Made by a program: the position numbers and the translations under genes | Source: Eledone cirrhosa | Taxonomy: Eukaryota | Direction of reading: 5' to 3' | NCBI GenBank assembly: GCA_964016885.1 | Contig: OZ024740.1 | Location: forward strand, 49,972,001-50,036,000 | DNA: 64,000 nt | Shown: positions 1 through 16,646 of the stretch, one piece after another | How the letters are laid out: each line of letters begins with the position of its first letter | Position numbering within the stretch: position 1 is the stretch's first letter | The notes under the pieces: generated by a model | What the model saw: the letters and a program-made list of their open reading frames with translations, nothing else | Databases searched by the model: none | What the model was told of the DNA's origin: nothing

Positions 1-50
1 ATATATATGTATATATATATATATATGTATATATATATACATATGTATAC

Positions 51-82
<32 letters not shown>

Positions 83-85
83 GTA

Positions 86-159
<74 letters not shown>

Positions 160-177
160 TGTATGTATATATATATG

Positions 178-209
<32 letters not shown>

Positions 210-249
210 TGTGTATATATATATATATGTGTATATATATATATATACG

Positions 250-314
<65 letters not shown>

Positions 315-409
315 GTATATATATATATGTATATATATATATGTACATATATATATATACGTATATATATATATGTATGTATATATATATATATGTATAT
401 ATATATATG

Positions 410-458
<49 letters not shown>

Positions 459-559
459 GTATATATATATATATGTATATATATATATGTATATATATAT
501 ATGTATATATATATATGTATATATATATGTATATATATATATGTATATATATATATATG

Positions 560-606
<47 letters not shown>

Positions 607-643
607 GTACATATATATATATACGTATATATAAATATGTATG

Positions 644-674
<31 letters not shown>

Positions 675-687
675 GTATATATATATG

Positions 688-718
<31 letters not shown>

Positions 719-729
719 GTATATATATG

Positions 730-760
<31 letters not shown>

Positions 761-823
761 GTACATATATATATATACGTATATATATATATGTATGTAT
801 ATATATATATGTATATATATATG

Positions 824-868
<45 letters not shown>

Positions 869-897
869 GTATATATATATATATGTATATATATATG

Positions 898-934
<37 letters not shown>

Positions 935-955
935 GTATATATATATATGTATATA

Positions 956-1000
<45 letters not shown>
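1..1000. repeat. (TA)n microsatellite array with TG interruptions
   Basis: Direct reading; source of the spurious YI-repeat ORFs. Confidence 0.99.
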
Positions 1001-1330
<330 letters not shown>

Positions 1331-1577
1331 CATATATATATACATATACATATATATATACATATATATATACATATACATATATAAATACATATATATA
1401 TACATATACATATATATATATACATATATATATACATATATATATACATATCTATACACATATATATACATATATATATATACATATATATACATATATA
1501 TATATACATATATATACATATATATATATACATATATATATATACATATATATATATATACATATATATGTATACAT

Positions 1578-2935
1578 AATATAAGATCAAAAGATGGTTA
1601 AAGGAGTTCAATATATTTTATTATGCGCATTTCAAAAACAAACATCATCAAACAATAATATTTGTGTTTTCATCAGATAAAACAGGAGAACATGATATGA
1701 AGGCTAAAAAAACACTTGTTGATAGTGCAGTTTTAAATCAACATATGAAAAGTGGTTTTAGATTGATGTGTGATATTGGGAAAAATATTTTATTTAGAGA
1801 GGGGGGGAGAGAAAAGGATGAAAAGGGAAGGAGATGAGAGGGAGAGATGGGTGATAGAGAGAAAGAGATAGTTTTTATAACAGAGAGGAGATATATTTTA
1901 TATAGAGGGGTTGAAAACCGTTGGAAGATACTGTATAAATTAAAATTTTGAAAATTAACGAAGGGAGGATATGTGCGAGGAAAAAATATATTATATTTAG
2001 GGAGGGGTGGGGGTGGAAAGGATGAAAAAAAGGGGAGGAGATGAGAGTGAAGGTGGAAAGGGAGAGATGGGTGATAGAGAGAAAGAGATAGTTTTTATAA
2101 CTGAGAAAAAGATATAATGTTTTAATATAGAGAGGTTGGGAACCGTTGGAAGATAATGTATAAATTAAAGGAATTTGAAAATTAACGAAGGGAAATTATG
2201 TATGGAGATAGAGAGAAAAATAACGAAGGGAGATTATGTATGGAGATAGAGAGAAAAAAAAAAAAAAAAAAAAAAATAATAATTGTGGGTGAATATTCAA
2301 AAGGAGAAATGTAGGAATTTTAAAATTAGCAAAGAGAAAAAGTTTATGTATAGGATTTGAGAAAAATAATGTGAAGTTAAAGTTTTTATATTGAATTCAT
2401 ATGTATTAATAATGAGTTCGTTGATGGGGAGAAAAAAATAATAATAAATTAAGGATGAAATTGAGATTAAAAAGATTTATGATAGAGAGAAAAAATAATA
2501 ATGATTGCGGATGAATACTCAAAATGTCAAAAACAAATGTTATTGTTTTACGAGGAGATATAATGAGGGTGATGAGTAAACGGGTATTATAGAGTGTATA
2601 ATGCCCTTTAAAGTAAGGTAGATGGGTATATTTTAAAGAATATATGAGTATATATTAAAAAAATATATAATAATAAATTAAGGATGAAATTGAGATTAAA
2701 AAGATTTATGATAGAGGGAAAAAAAATAATAATGATTGCGGATGAATATTCAAAATGTCAAAAACAAATGTTATTGTTTTACGAGAAGATAGGATGAGGT
2801 AAATGAATAAACGAGTACTATAGAGTGTATAATGCCCTTTAAAGTAAGGTAGATGGGTATATTTTAAAGAGGTGTATGTATATGTGCCTTTGAGAAAAGA
2901 TTCTAAATTGATAAAGAATTGAATATTAACTGTAT
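1578..2935 (-). mobile_element. Non-coding 3' remnant of a PLE with terminal hammerhead and internal duplications
   Basis: Hammerhead near the left end; purine-rich + strand; internal direct repeats ~2436-2640/2665-2870 and ~1790-1975/1990-2200; (TA)n flanks. Confidence 0.6.
1614..1684 (-). ncRNA. Type I hammerhead ribozyme
   Basis: Minus strand: UGUUUUAU-CUGAUGA-[AAAC ACAAAUAUUAUU guuu GAUGAUGUUUGU UUUU]-GAAA-UGCGCA-UA/AUAAAAUA; 8-bp stem I, palindromic stem III AUGCGCAU. Confidence 0.85.
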
Positions 2936-3007
2936 GCATATATATATATACATATATATATATACATATATTTATATATACATATATATGTATACATATA
3001 TATATAT

Positions 3008-3077
<70 letters not shown>

Positions 3078-3648
3078 ACATATATATATATACATATATA
3101 TATATGTACATACATATATATATACATATATATATATACATATATATATATGTACATATATATATATACATATGTATATATGTACATATATATATATACA
3201 TATATATATATACATATATATATATGTACATATATATATATATACATATATATATATGTACATATATATATATATACATATATATATATGTACATATATA
3301 TATATATACATATATATATATACATATATATATATATACATATATATATATACATATATATATATATACATATATATATATACATATATATATATATGTA
3401 CACATATATATATACATATATATATATGTACATATATATATACATATACATATATATACATATATACATATACATATACATATATATATATACATATATA
3501 TATGTATATATATATACATATATATATGTATATATATATATACATATATATATGTATATATATATATACATATATATATGTATATATATATATACATATA
3601 TATATGTATATATATATATACATATATATATGTATATATATATATACA

Positions 3649-3680
<32 letters not shown>

Positions 3681-3712
3681 CATATATATATGTATATATA
3701 TATACATATATG

Positions 3713-3748
<36 letters not shown>

Positions 3749-3763
3749 CATATATATATATAT
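2936..3763. repeat. (TA)n/(TATACA)-type microsatellite array
   Basis: Direct reading. Confidence 0.98.
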
Positions 3764-5650
3764 CTAAGGTGGGTAAAATTCCCGAGATCCATGGACGAGT
3801 TCTCTCCAGCGGTCTCTGTCCCTCATTATCGCTGCCATGTCCTGCATCTCCAACAGACCAGTGTCTGTCCTTAGGGCATCAACATACGGTAACCTTGGTC
3901 TTCCTCTTCTAGTGTGTCCATGTAGGGGCTCCCAAAGGAGCACTGAGTGCAATGTCAACTCTGGATGTCGGTGAGCATGTCCAGCCAACCTCAGTCTCCT
4001 CTGTGTCACTTTTGAGCTGACTTTTGTGATGCTCCCATACAGCTATGAGTTTTTCATCCTCAGTGTATACTGATTAATGTTCAGAGCCATCCTCAGCATT
4101 CTCGTGTAGCACCCATCCACCATCTGAGTGAGTTTCTTGGTAAGTGTCCAAGTCTCAGACCCATACAGCAGCACAGACTCCACTACAGCAATGAAGAGGC
4201 GGATTTTCAGGTCTCTACGAAGGTCCGACTTCCACACCGATCTCAAGCTGTGACACGCCGCCCTTGCTCTTCCTCTCAACCACATGATCTTCCGTATTCC
4301 CAATCTTTGCTCCCAAATACAGGAAGTCCTCAACCAATTCCAGCGGCTTCCCGCCTACATTAGTGATCCCCTCTGGCTTCTCAACATTCTCTACCAGATA
4401 TTTTGTTTTAGTCTCATTCATTCTCAGCCCCACACTCATCGACACAGTCTCAACCTCCCGCATCAAATCTTCTGCCTCCTTCACTGTATTTGTCACCAAA
4501 ACTATGTCGTCGGCAAATTCAGCATCCGATACCTTTTTCGCCCTAACTCTCCTGCTCTGAGCCGGTGCTACAGTAAAGCCAGAGTCCTGGTGTTTCTCCA
4601 GTGCAAGGCGCATACAATAGTCCACTACGATGATAAAAAGGTAGGGAGCCAATGTATCTCGCTGGAGCACTCCAGCCAGTATCTCAAAGAACTCTGTCAT
4701 CCCATCAGGTGTAATGACTTGGGCTTTGGTGTTGGTGTAGAGCAGTGATATCAGGTCCACTATGTTCTTGGGATTCCATAAGCCTGTAAGATCTTCATCA
4801 GGCAGTAACGGTCCACAGAATCAAAGGCCTTCCTAAAGTCAATGAAAACCATGACCGCAGGAAGGCACTTTGCTCTAGCTCCCTCTAATATCCTCCTCAG
4901 CATCAGGATGTGACTGGTGGTTGATCTACCCTCTCTGAAGCGGTTCTGGTTGTCCCTGAGCTTCTTCTCCATCTCAGGCTGGATCCTGTTAAGAATCATC
5001 CTGTTGAGGGTCTTTGCCACAAGTGACGTCAGGGAGATCCCCCGGTAGTTGTTGGTGTTAGAGAGATCTCCCTTCTTTGGCACTGGGACGATGTTACTGA
5101 TCCTCCACTGATTCGGGGCAACTCCTTTCTCCAGTGCCCCGTTACAGAACCCCAGGATGATCTCATCAAAATCACACCTCTTCATCACCTCTGATGCCAC
5201 TCCATCTTCTCCATGAGCCTTGCCCTCCTTGATCCTCTTCTTGGCTCTCTGAAGCTCCTCTCTGGTGAAGGGCTCTGTCTCAACATCCAGTTCCTCAAAC
5301 AGCCGCCTGATCTCCCCAGTGCTCTGGGCTGTGGAGGGTGGCTCTCTTAGTAGGGTCCTAAAATGGTCTAGCCATTTCCTCTTCCTATCCTCGGGCCCCG
5401 TTCCCTGGATCTGACTCGAACACCTTCTCTTCCTCCCTGTGATCTCGTTGATGATCATCCAGCTCTCCTTACATCCAGATCTGTCAACCGCTCTCCCCAC
5501 ACTTCTGATCTTCTCTACCAGTGCCTCCTTTCTGACCTCAGTGTAAGCGGTACAGAGCTCTTCCCTCATCACCTCCACAGTCTCCATCCTCTCCTCCATA
5601 GGATCAGCATAGAATTGGTCCCTGGCAGCTTTCAGGTGTTCTCTGGCTGC
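3764..5650 (-). mobile_element. 5'-truncated RTE-clade LINE with disrupted reverse transcriptase
   Basis: ORF pieces 4760-5650 ([19 protein letters not shown]), 4215-4760 (GVLQRDTLAPYLF, EFADDIVL), 4043-4333 (LLYGSETWTL), 3764-4009 (RRGRPR); broken by frameshifts. Confidence 0.9.
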
Positions 5651-5695
5651 ACACACATATATATATGTATATATATATATACATATATGTGTGTA

Positions 5696-5787
<92 letters not shown>

Positions 5788-5790
<3 letters not shown>

Positions 5791-6356
5791 GAATAATCGA
5801 GTATCGAAAAATCGGCGCACGAGTTCACGATAAACAAAATTCGACATGAGTGGCAGAGGGCTCAATAATTCAGATAAATCAGAGCTATAACTATCGTTAA
5901 AATACCAACACACATAGATCATGTCTAAAATCAACCATACGACCGAAAAATTACGATCCGGAAGATTCGGGTCACTCAGATAAAATATCAATAAATCAAT
6001 AAATCATATGAATGTAAAAAGCTTACCCGGACCCACTAGAAAGATGGTAAATCTAGCTTCTTGGGTTTCTGTAAATCCTTAAATCGCCCACTATCAGCCC
6101 ACATAAAAATATATAAGACTTCTAGGGAGCGGCGGACAGGAAATACTTTATCAACGAGCTTTGTCCAAACGAATAAAAAAGCACAACCTTAGCTGAAAAC
6201 GCACATGGAATCCAGCAAGGGAGATAACCTCTATATCCGCGAAAAATATTCGGAATGTGGAAAATCACATATCGAATAAGAGTGCTCAATAGACATGTTA
6301 TAATAAACAGAAGCTATTCATCATTTAATAGAATCAACAAAAAATGAACAATAAAA
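5788..6356. other. Unclassified ~570 bp insert between (TA)n tracts
   Basis: Complex sequence with sharp (TA)n borders; no convincing ORF and no CUGANGA core on either strand. Confidence 0.35.
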
Positions 6357-6373
6357 ATATATATACATATATG

Positions 6374-6895
<522 letters not shown>

Positions 6896-7017
6896 TATAT
6901 ATACATATATATATATATACATATTCTGTATATATATGCTATATATATATATATATGCTATTCTGTATATATATGCTCTATATATATATATATATATGCT
7001 ATTCTGTATATATATGC

Positions 7018-7048
<31 letters not shown>

Positions 7049-7087
7049 GCTACATATATATATATATATATGCTACATATATGTATG

Positions 7088-7120
<33 letters not shown>

Positions 7121-7132
7121 GCTACATATATG

Positions 7133-9110
<1,978 letters not shown>

Positions 9111-9193
9111 TAAGATAAGCAGAACAAGTAAAATTCAATCAATTTTTCAAAATACATTAAAAAATATAATATAAATATTTACCTCTTCTAGTG

Positions 9194-9275
9194 GCCCTTA
9201 CTGATCAGTTTCGCTTTGTAAAACCTCATAAATCCGATGGATTTATGATGGAAAACCAAAGCTCATCAGAGAAGC
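9194..9275 (-). ncRNA. Type I hammerhead ribozyme (copy 1)
   Basis: GCUUCU-CUGAUGA-GCUUUG..UCAUAAAUCC auc GGAUUUAUGA..CAAAGC-GAAAC-UGAUCA-GUA/AGGGC; stem III palindrome ACUGAUCAGU. Confidence 0.85.
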
Positions 9276-9678
9276 ATTTTCCCTTCCTAGGGCTAAACGT
9301 CCCAGGAACGACAAAATATACAACCTCCTGCCAGCTAATAAAGGTCTGAAAGGTCGTAAAAGTGACCCGTATGTAAACTGGACCGAAGTAAAAGCGGGAA
9401 AATCAAAGACTTGCTGTCTACAATTACTACTAAAAAAATAGCAGCCAAGTAGGGCAACAGATTTGTTCTCAACGGACGGAGAAAATGGTAGAAGTTAATA
9501 TGTCCAGGGATACTAGGTACCCCTAGAAATACATAGGTTGTCTATGATTAAAGGTTGTTCAATGGTGTTAATTTGATACACCAGAACTTTAATATTAAGA
9601 TAAGCAGAACAAGTAAAATTCAATCAATTTTTCAAAATACATTAAAACATATAATATAAATATTTACCTCTTCTAGTG

Positions 9679-9760
9679 GCCCTTACTGATCAGTTTCGCT
9701 TTGTAAAACCTCATAAATCCGATGGATTTATGATGGAAAACCAAAGCTCATCAGAGAAGC
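9679..9760 (-). ncRNA. Type I hammerhead ribozyme (copy 2)
   Basis: Same sequence as 9194-9275, offset 485. Confidence 0.85.
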
Positions 9761-9895
9761 ATTTTCCCTTCCTAGGGCTAAACGTCCCAGGAACGACAAA
9801 ATATACAACCTCCTGCCAGCTAATAAAGGTCTGAAAGGTCGTAAAAGTGACCCGTATGTAAACTGGACCGAAGTAAAAGCGGGAAAATCAAAGAC

Positions 9896-10566
<671 letters not shown>

Positions 10567-10760
10567 TAGGAACAAGTAAGACCCCGACGGCTGAGCTCAA
10601 GCCGTTTCGACGGCTAATTCTGTACAGAATTAGCCGTCGAAACGGCTTGAGCTCAGCCGTCGGCGTCTTACTTGTTCCTATTACCCACTCTACTACCCTA
10701 AGTATTGAGTACTTTGGTGCGTTATGGTCCACCTGGTTCCTTACCACATTTCATTCGTTA
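10567..10760 (+). mobile_element. Fold-back mini-element: 114-bp palindrome (10567-10680) plus 80-bp tail
   Basis: Spacerless palindrome centred at 10623/10624 with one mismatch; tail TTACCCACTCTACTACCCTAAGTA... shared with 36219+ and ~58388+. Confidence 0.85.
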
Positions 10761-10777
10761 TATATACATATATATAT

Positions 10778-10818
<41 letters not shown>

Positions 10819-10937
10819 TATATATACATATATATATATACATATATATATATACATATATATATATACATATATATATATACATATATATACACATATA
10901 TATATATATACATATATATATATACATATATATACAC

Positions 10938-10968
<31 letters not shown>

Positions 10969-10995
10969 CATATGTATATACACGTATATATATAC

Positions 10996-11042
<47 letters not shown>

Positions 11043-11103
11043 CATATATATATATACATATATATATACACACATATATATATATACATATATATATATA
11101 CAC

Positions 11104-11137
<34 letters not shown>

Positions 11138-11417
11138 TACATATATATATATATATTACATATATATATATATATTACATATATATATATATATATATAT
11201 ATTACATATATATATATATATATATATTACATATATATATATATTACATATATATATATATATATATTACATATATATATATATATATATATTACATATA
11301 TATATATATATATTACATATATATATATATATATTACATATATATATATATATATTACATATATATATATATATTATATATATAAATATATTACATATAT
11401 ATATATATATATATTAC

Positions 11418-11476
<59 letters not shown>

Positions 11477-11500
11477 CATATATATATATATACGTATATA

Positions 11501-11550
<50 letters not shown>

Positions 11551-11574
11551 CATATATATATATATACGTATATA

Positions 11575-11605
<31 letters not shown>

Positions 11606-11634
11606 TACATATATATATATATATATATATATAC

Positions 11635-11666
<32 letters not shown>

Positions 11667-11697
11667 TACATATATATATACATATATATATATATAC

Positions 11698-11729
<32 letters not shown>

Positions 11730-11760
11730 TACATATATATATACATATATATATATATAC

Positions 11761-11792
<32 letters not shown>

Positions 11793-11871
11793 TACATATA
11801 TATATACATATATATATATTACATATATATATATCTATATATATATTACATATATATATATATATATATAT

Positions 11872-11966
<95 letters not shown>

Positions 11967-12016
11967 TTATATATACATATATATTACATATATATATATA
12001 TATATATATATATTAC

Positions 12017-12076
<60 letters not shown>

Positions 12077-12121
12077 ATATATATATTTATATATACATAT
12101 ATATACATATATATATATCAC

Positions 12122-12152
<31 letters not shown>

Positions 12153-12202
12153 CATATATATATATACATATATATATATTACATATATATATATACATAT
12201 AT
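10761..12202. repeat. (TA)n array with TATTAC and TACGTA variants
   Basis: Direct reading. Confidence 0.97.
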
Positions 12203-12331
12203 GGAAAGTTATATTTAAATTGTTGGGTTACAACTAGTAAATATTTATAACTGATATAAAAGCACTCAACAAGTATTTGGAGTATATTTACGATATTAAA
12301 TAAATGGAAACTATATTTATAAAACCATATT

Positions 12332-12397
12332 TATTTCATTATATATATTTCAGGGATATCATATTAACAATATGCTATGCCTTCCTCAGACAAAATA
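12332..12397 (-). ncRNA. Type I hammerhead ribozyme
   Basis: UAUUUUGU-CUGAGGA-AGG..CAUAUUG u UAAUAUG..CCU-GAAA-UAUAUA-UA/AUGAAAUA. Confidence 0.85.
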
Positions 12398-13687
12398 CAA
12401 TATAGACAGTTTTATAGATAAATAGATTTGACATACCGTTCAACATCGACTTGTATTTGAAAAGTTGATTTGGCAGTGAAAAAATTGTAAACAGAAAGAA
12501 AGAAAGAGAGAATGAAGGAAAGAAAGAAAAGAAAGAAAGAAAACGAAGAAAAAGAAGAAAAAGAAGAAATGCATGTAACAAAATAGAGAGATGGAAAGAT
12601 AGATAAAGAGAAGAACTTCATGTAAAGAAACAGAGAGAGATATATATATAGAGAGGAAATAGATAGAGATAGATATATATAGAGAAAAGTAGGTAGTTGG
12701 ATATCCGTTGAATAAACGTATCAATGATACATTTATTTATTTATTTATTTATTTAGCTCTAGTATTAATGTAAGGGAGATATATGTGGTTAGGAGAGAAA
12801 CCAGCTGTTATATAGAGAGAAAAATGAAAAGTAACCAGACATAGGCGAGGCATAAAAACCCTATGTTTTAATGTAGAAGTATTAGTATGTATAAAAACCA
12901 GGCACTATAATGTAAATATCAGTATTTCTGAATGAGACACGTATCCATAATGTGTGAAAAGTAATGATCATATGTTTAGTTTTAAAAATTCATATGTTTA
13001 TATGATAACTACAAACATCGATGTGAATTTACGTGATCAACTCTGCAAACCCCAATTTCACACGGAGAACATTCTCATTGTGCTATAAAAATTTAAGTAT
13101 ACATATATGTGTATATATATACACATATATATAGAGTCTATATTAATTTTAACAATACTATTCTTGTCTTTACTCTACATGATTATCTATCAAGCAGAAA
13201 TAGAGAACAGATTTCAATATATTAATAAAAAATATCAGAAACAAAAACAAAAAAAAAATAATAATAATAATAATAATAATAAATAATAATAAAATAGAAA
13301 ACTAAAAAATATTACGAAAAAATATTACATATTAAAAATAAAAATATTAGAAAATACTACAATAATAAAAATAAACCACAAAGATCAACCCTTCAAAATT
13401 AATTGACAATATATTGCCAAGTTCATTATAAGCATCAGAGTCGAAAACAGATAAAGCTAAAAATTATTTATCAAATCGCGTCTAGCAAAAATCATTTCAA
13501 AAAGTTTAGGATGCCCATTTGGTCTACATGTGTTCTTATATTTAATATAGAAGTTTATCTAGTGTAACGTTTATTCGAAATATTTGGAGCATCAACTTTT
13601 AGGGTAGTTTAATTTTTCATGAAGAATGTTTAAATAAAAATAAAAAGAAAAAGAAGAATAAAAAGAAGAAATCGAAAGATTTATCGG

Positions 13688-14604
13688 CTAGTTTCCCAAA
13701 TAATTATAAATCAAACTAAATATACTACATTTTAAATTTAAATTTGTATTTAAAAGTTGAATTAATCTATGTTTGCAGCAACTGAATAAATTTGTCCGTA
13801 GATTAAGGGAATTTTTAGATTTTAGTATAAAGAATATCTCCTCTGCGCAGAGGTCACATGTCTCAGAGGATGAATTAAAAGGAATCCCTCTTGAGACTAT
13901 ATTCCAAGCCGTCGAATATCTAACGTTATCTAGCTTAAGTTGCCAGAGTACGCCTGATAGTGCTGTTGAAGATTTTTTGCTTGGATCTGTGAAAGAATTC
14001 TTGTGGTTATTATAGCGAAGTTTAAATTCCGTCGATGTGGAACCGACGTAGTTAAAAGAATTAGAGTCAGTTTTAACATTACAATTGTATATTATATTTT
14101 TAACTAAGCAGTTGTTATTTAACGGACATTTAGATCTATCTCTACAGTTACATTTGTTAACTTGTATATTATTTATGCTATTACCACTAGGTTTTAAGTT
14201 CCTATTATTTATTCTATTAATATTTTGTGCTAAATTTTTGGTGGATGAGCAGGTTAATTTTATAGTATGTCTATTGAAAATTGAGTGATACCTATGTGTT
14301 CTAGGGAAGCGATTATCAAGAGCTTTAAGGAATAGTTTAGCGATGTGGGTTTTAATGTTTAGTGAGAAAGGGGGGGGGCAAACCAAATTATGTTCCTAGT
14401 TCTATTTCTTTTTTGGCTTTTGGAATTATTGTAATGCTTTCTATTATAGTTGTTAAGGTTGTTGCCGTAATTAAAATAGTTGTTATTTTGTTTAGTTTGT
14501 CTATCATTATCTATGTACATAATCTTATCACTATATCCTGCTCTAGCTAACGCTTCATTGTAGTACTGGGCTTTTTCGTCGAAAATCTTTCTATTAGACG
14601 AGAT
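13688..14604 (-). pseudogene. PLE RT-thumb/linker/GIY-YIG endonuclease fragment
   Basis: YYNEALARAGY, WFxPPF (frameshift in the G-run ~14370), CNCRDRSKCPLNNNCL, IIY..NYVGST..FKLRYNNH, CDLCAEE; homologous to the C-terminus of 27744-30185. Confidence 0.9.
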
Positions 14605-14625
14605 TCTATAAAACTGTCTATATTG

Positions 14626-14691
14626 TATTTTGTCTGAGGAAGGCATAGCATATTGTTAATATGATATCCCTGAAATATATATAATGAAATA
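14626..14691 (+). ncRNA. Type I hammerhead ribozyme (in inverted pLTR)
   Basis: Reverse-complement copy of 12332-12397; CTGAGGA at 14634-14640, GAAA at 14672-14675. Confidence 0.85.
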
Positions 14692-14734
14692 AATATGGCT
14701 TTATAAATATAGTTTCCATTTATTTAATATCGTA

Positions 14735-15070
14735 TATATACATATCTATATATTACATATATATATATATACATATATATATACACGTATATATATATAT
14801 ACACATATATATATATATACACACATATATATATATATACACACATATATATATATATACACACATATATATATATACACACATATATATATATACACAC
14901 ATATATATATATACACATATATATATATATACATATATATATATACATATATATATATACATATATATATATACATATATATATATACATATATATATAT
15001 ACATATATATATATACATATATATATATACATATATATATATACATATATATACACATATATATATATAC

Positions 15071-15101
<31 letters not shown>

Positions 15102-15536
15102 CATATATATATACATATATATATATACATATATATATATATACATATATATACACACACATATATATATATACATATATATACACACACATATATATAT
15201 ATACATATATATATACATATATATATATACATATATATATACATATATATATATACATATATATATATATACGTATATATACATACATATATATATATAT
15301 ACATATATATACATATATATATATACATATATATACATATATATATACATATATATACATATATATATATACATATATATACATATATATATACATATAT
15401 ATACATATATATATACATATATATACATATATATATACATATATATACATATATATATACATATATATACATATATATATACATATATATACATATATAT
15501 ATACATATATATACATATATATATACATATATATAC

Positions 15537-15567
<31 letters not shown>

Positions 15568-15614
15568 CATATATATACATATATATATATATACATATAT
15601 ATACATATATATAC

Positions 15615-15663
<49 letters not shown>

Positions 15664-15680
15664 CATATATATATATTACA

Positions 15681-15711
<31 letters not shown>

Positions 15712-15831
15712 TACATATATATATATATATACATATATATATATTACATATATATATATATATACATATATATATATTACATATATATATATATATATAT
15801 ATATACATATTACATATATATATATATATAT

Positions 15832-15862
<31 letters not shown>

Positions 15863-15905
15863 TACATATATACATATATATATATACATATATACATATA
15901 TATAT

Positions 15906-15990
<85 letters not shown>
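14735..15990. repeat. (TA)n/(TATACA) microsatellite array
   Basis: Direct reading. Confidence 0.97.
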
Positions 15991-15994
<4 letters not shown>

Positions 15995-16480
15995 GGCTGC
16001 CAACTCGTTTTCGAGTATGGCCACTACTTTATATCCATGTAGGAGAACCCCTACCGATGCGCTGAACGAATGTGACTTTTTAGTCCAGCCAGCAACTTGA
16101 AAACTCTGGTACAAAGACTACACTTGTGACCATTATTGACACTTAGTGCTGGGCCCATGGTACCATGTGATGACAAGTGCAGAGAGATCTCCAGATATAA
16201 AGCAATGCCTGTGCTGTGAAGCTTTTATAGTGAGCAAAGGCACTGCACAAAGCCAGTCCCGCTCTCTTAACCAAGATGATATTTACCAAAAAGAAGAACA
16301 AGTCAACATCATTGGATACCATCAGGGTTGCAGGTGTTATATCAGAGTTTTCCTTCTCCTAGAATTCTGCCTTGACAAAGGCTAAGGGGTCATCTCTCCC
16401 GATGATTTTGGATGGCTATTGACTCTTAAGAGCTCCCTTGCCCTTTGACAGGTTTTGTTTTTAGTCCTGCAGGATGTCCA
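15991..16480 (-). mobile_element. Short non-autonomous retroposon, probably RTE-derived
   Basis: 3' end GGCCATACTCGAAAACGAGTTGGCAGCCA recurs at ~41985-42020 (-) and ~62109-62140 (+); internal TCTAGGAGAAGGAAAACTCTG resembles RTE 5'UTRs and recurs at ~61888. Confidence 0.5.
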
Positions 16481-16569
16481 AATATACATATATATATACA
16501 CATATATATATATACATATATATATTCACATATATATATATATATACACATATATATATATATATACAC

Positions 16570-16638
<69 letters not shown>

Positions 16639-16646
16639 CATATATA

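Larger units (their letters stand above)
9111..9895 (-). mobile_element. Non-coding retrozyme-like element: two 300-bp direct repeats (9111-9410, 9596-9895), each with a hammerhead; 485-nt period
   Basis: Repeats near-identical (one difference seen); 185-bp unique spacer; (TA)n flanks; no credible ORF. Confidence 0.8.
12203..14734 (-). mobile_element. 5'-truncated Penelope-like element with inverted partial pLTR at its 5' end
   Basis: GIY-YIG coding remnant 13688-14604; terminal hammerhead 12332-12397; 14605-14734 is the reverse complement of ~12289-12418. Confidence 0.9.

Noticed and set aside
14359-14646. 95-aa ORF starting MPSSDKIQ as an independent gene
   Set aside because: Chimera of an inverted pLTR and the truncated PLE ORF
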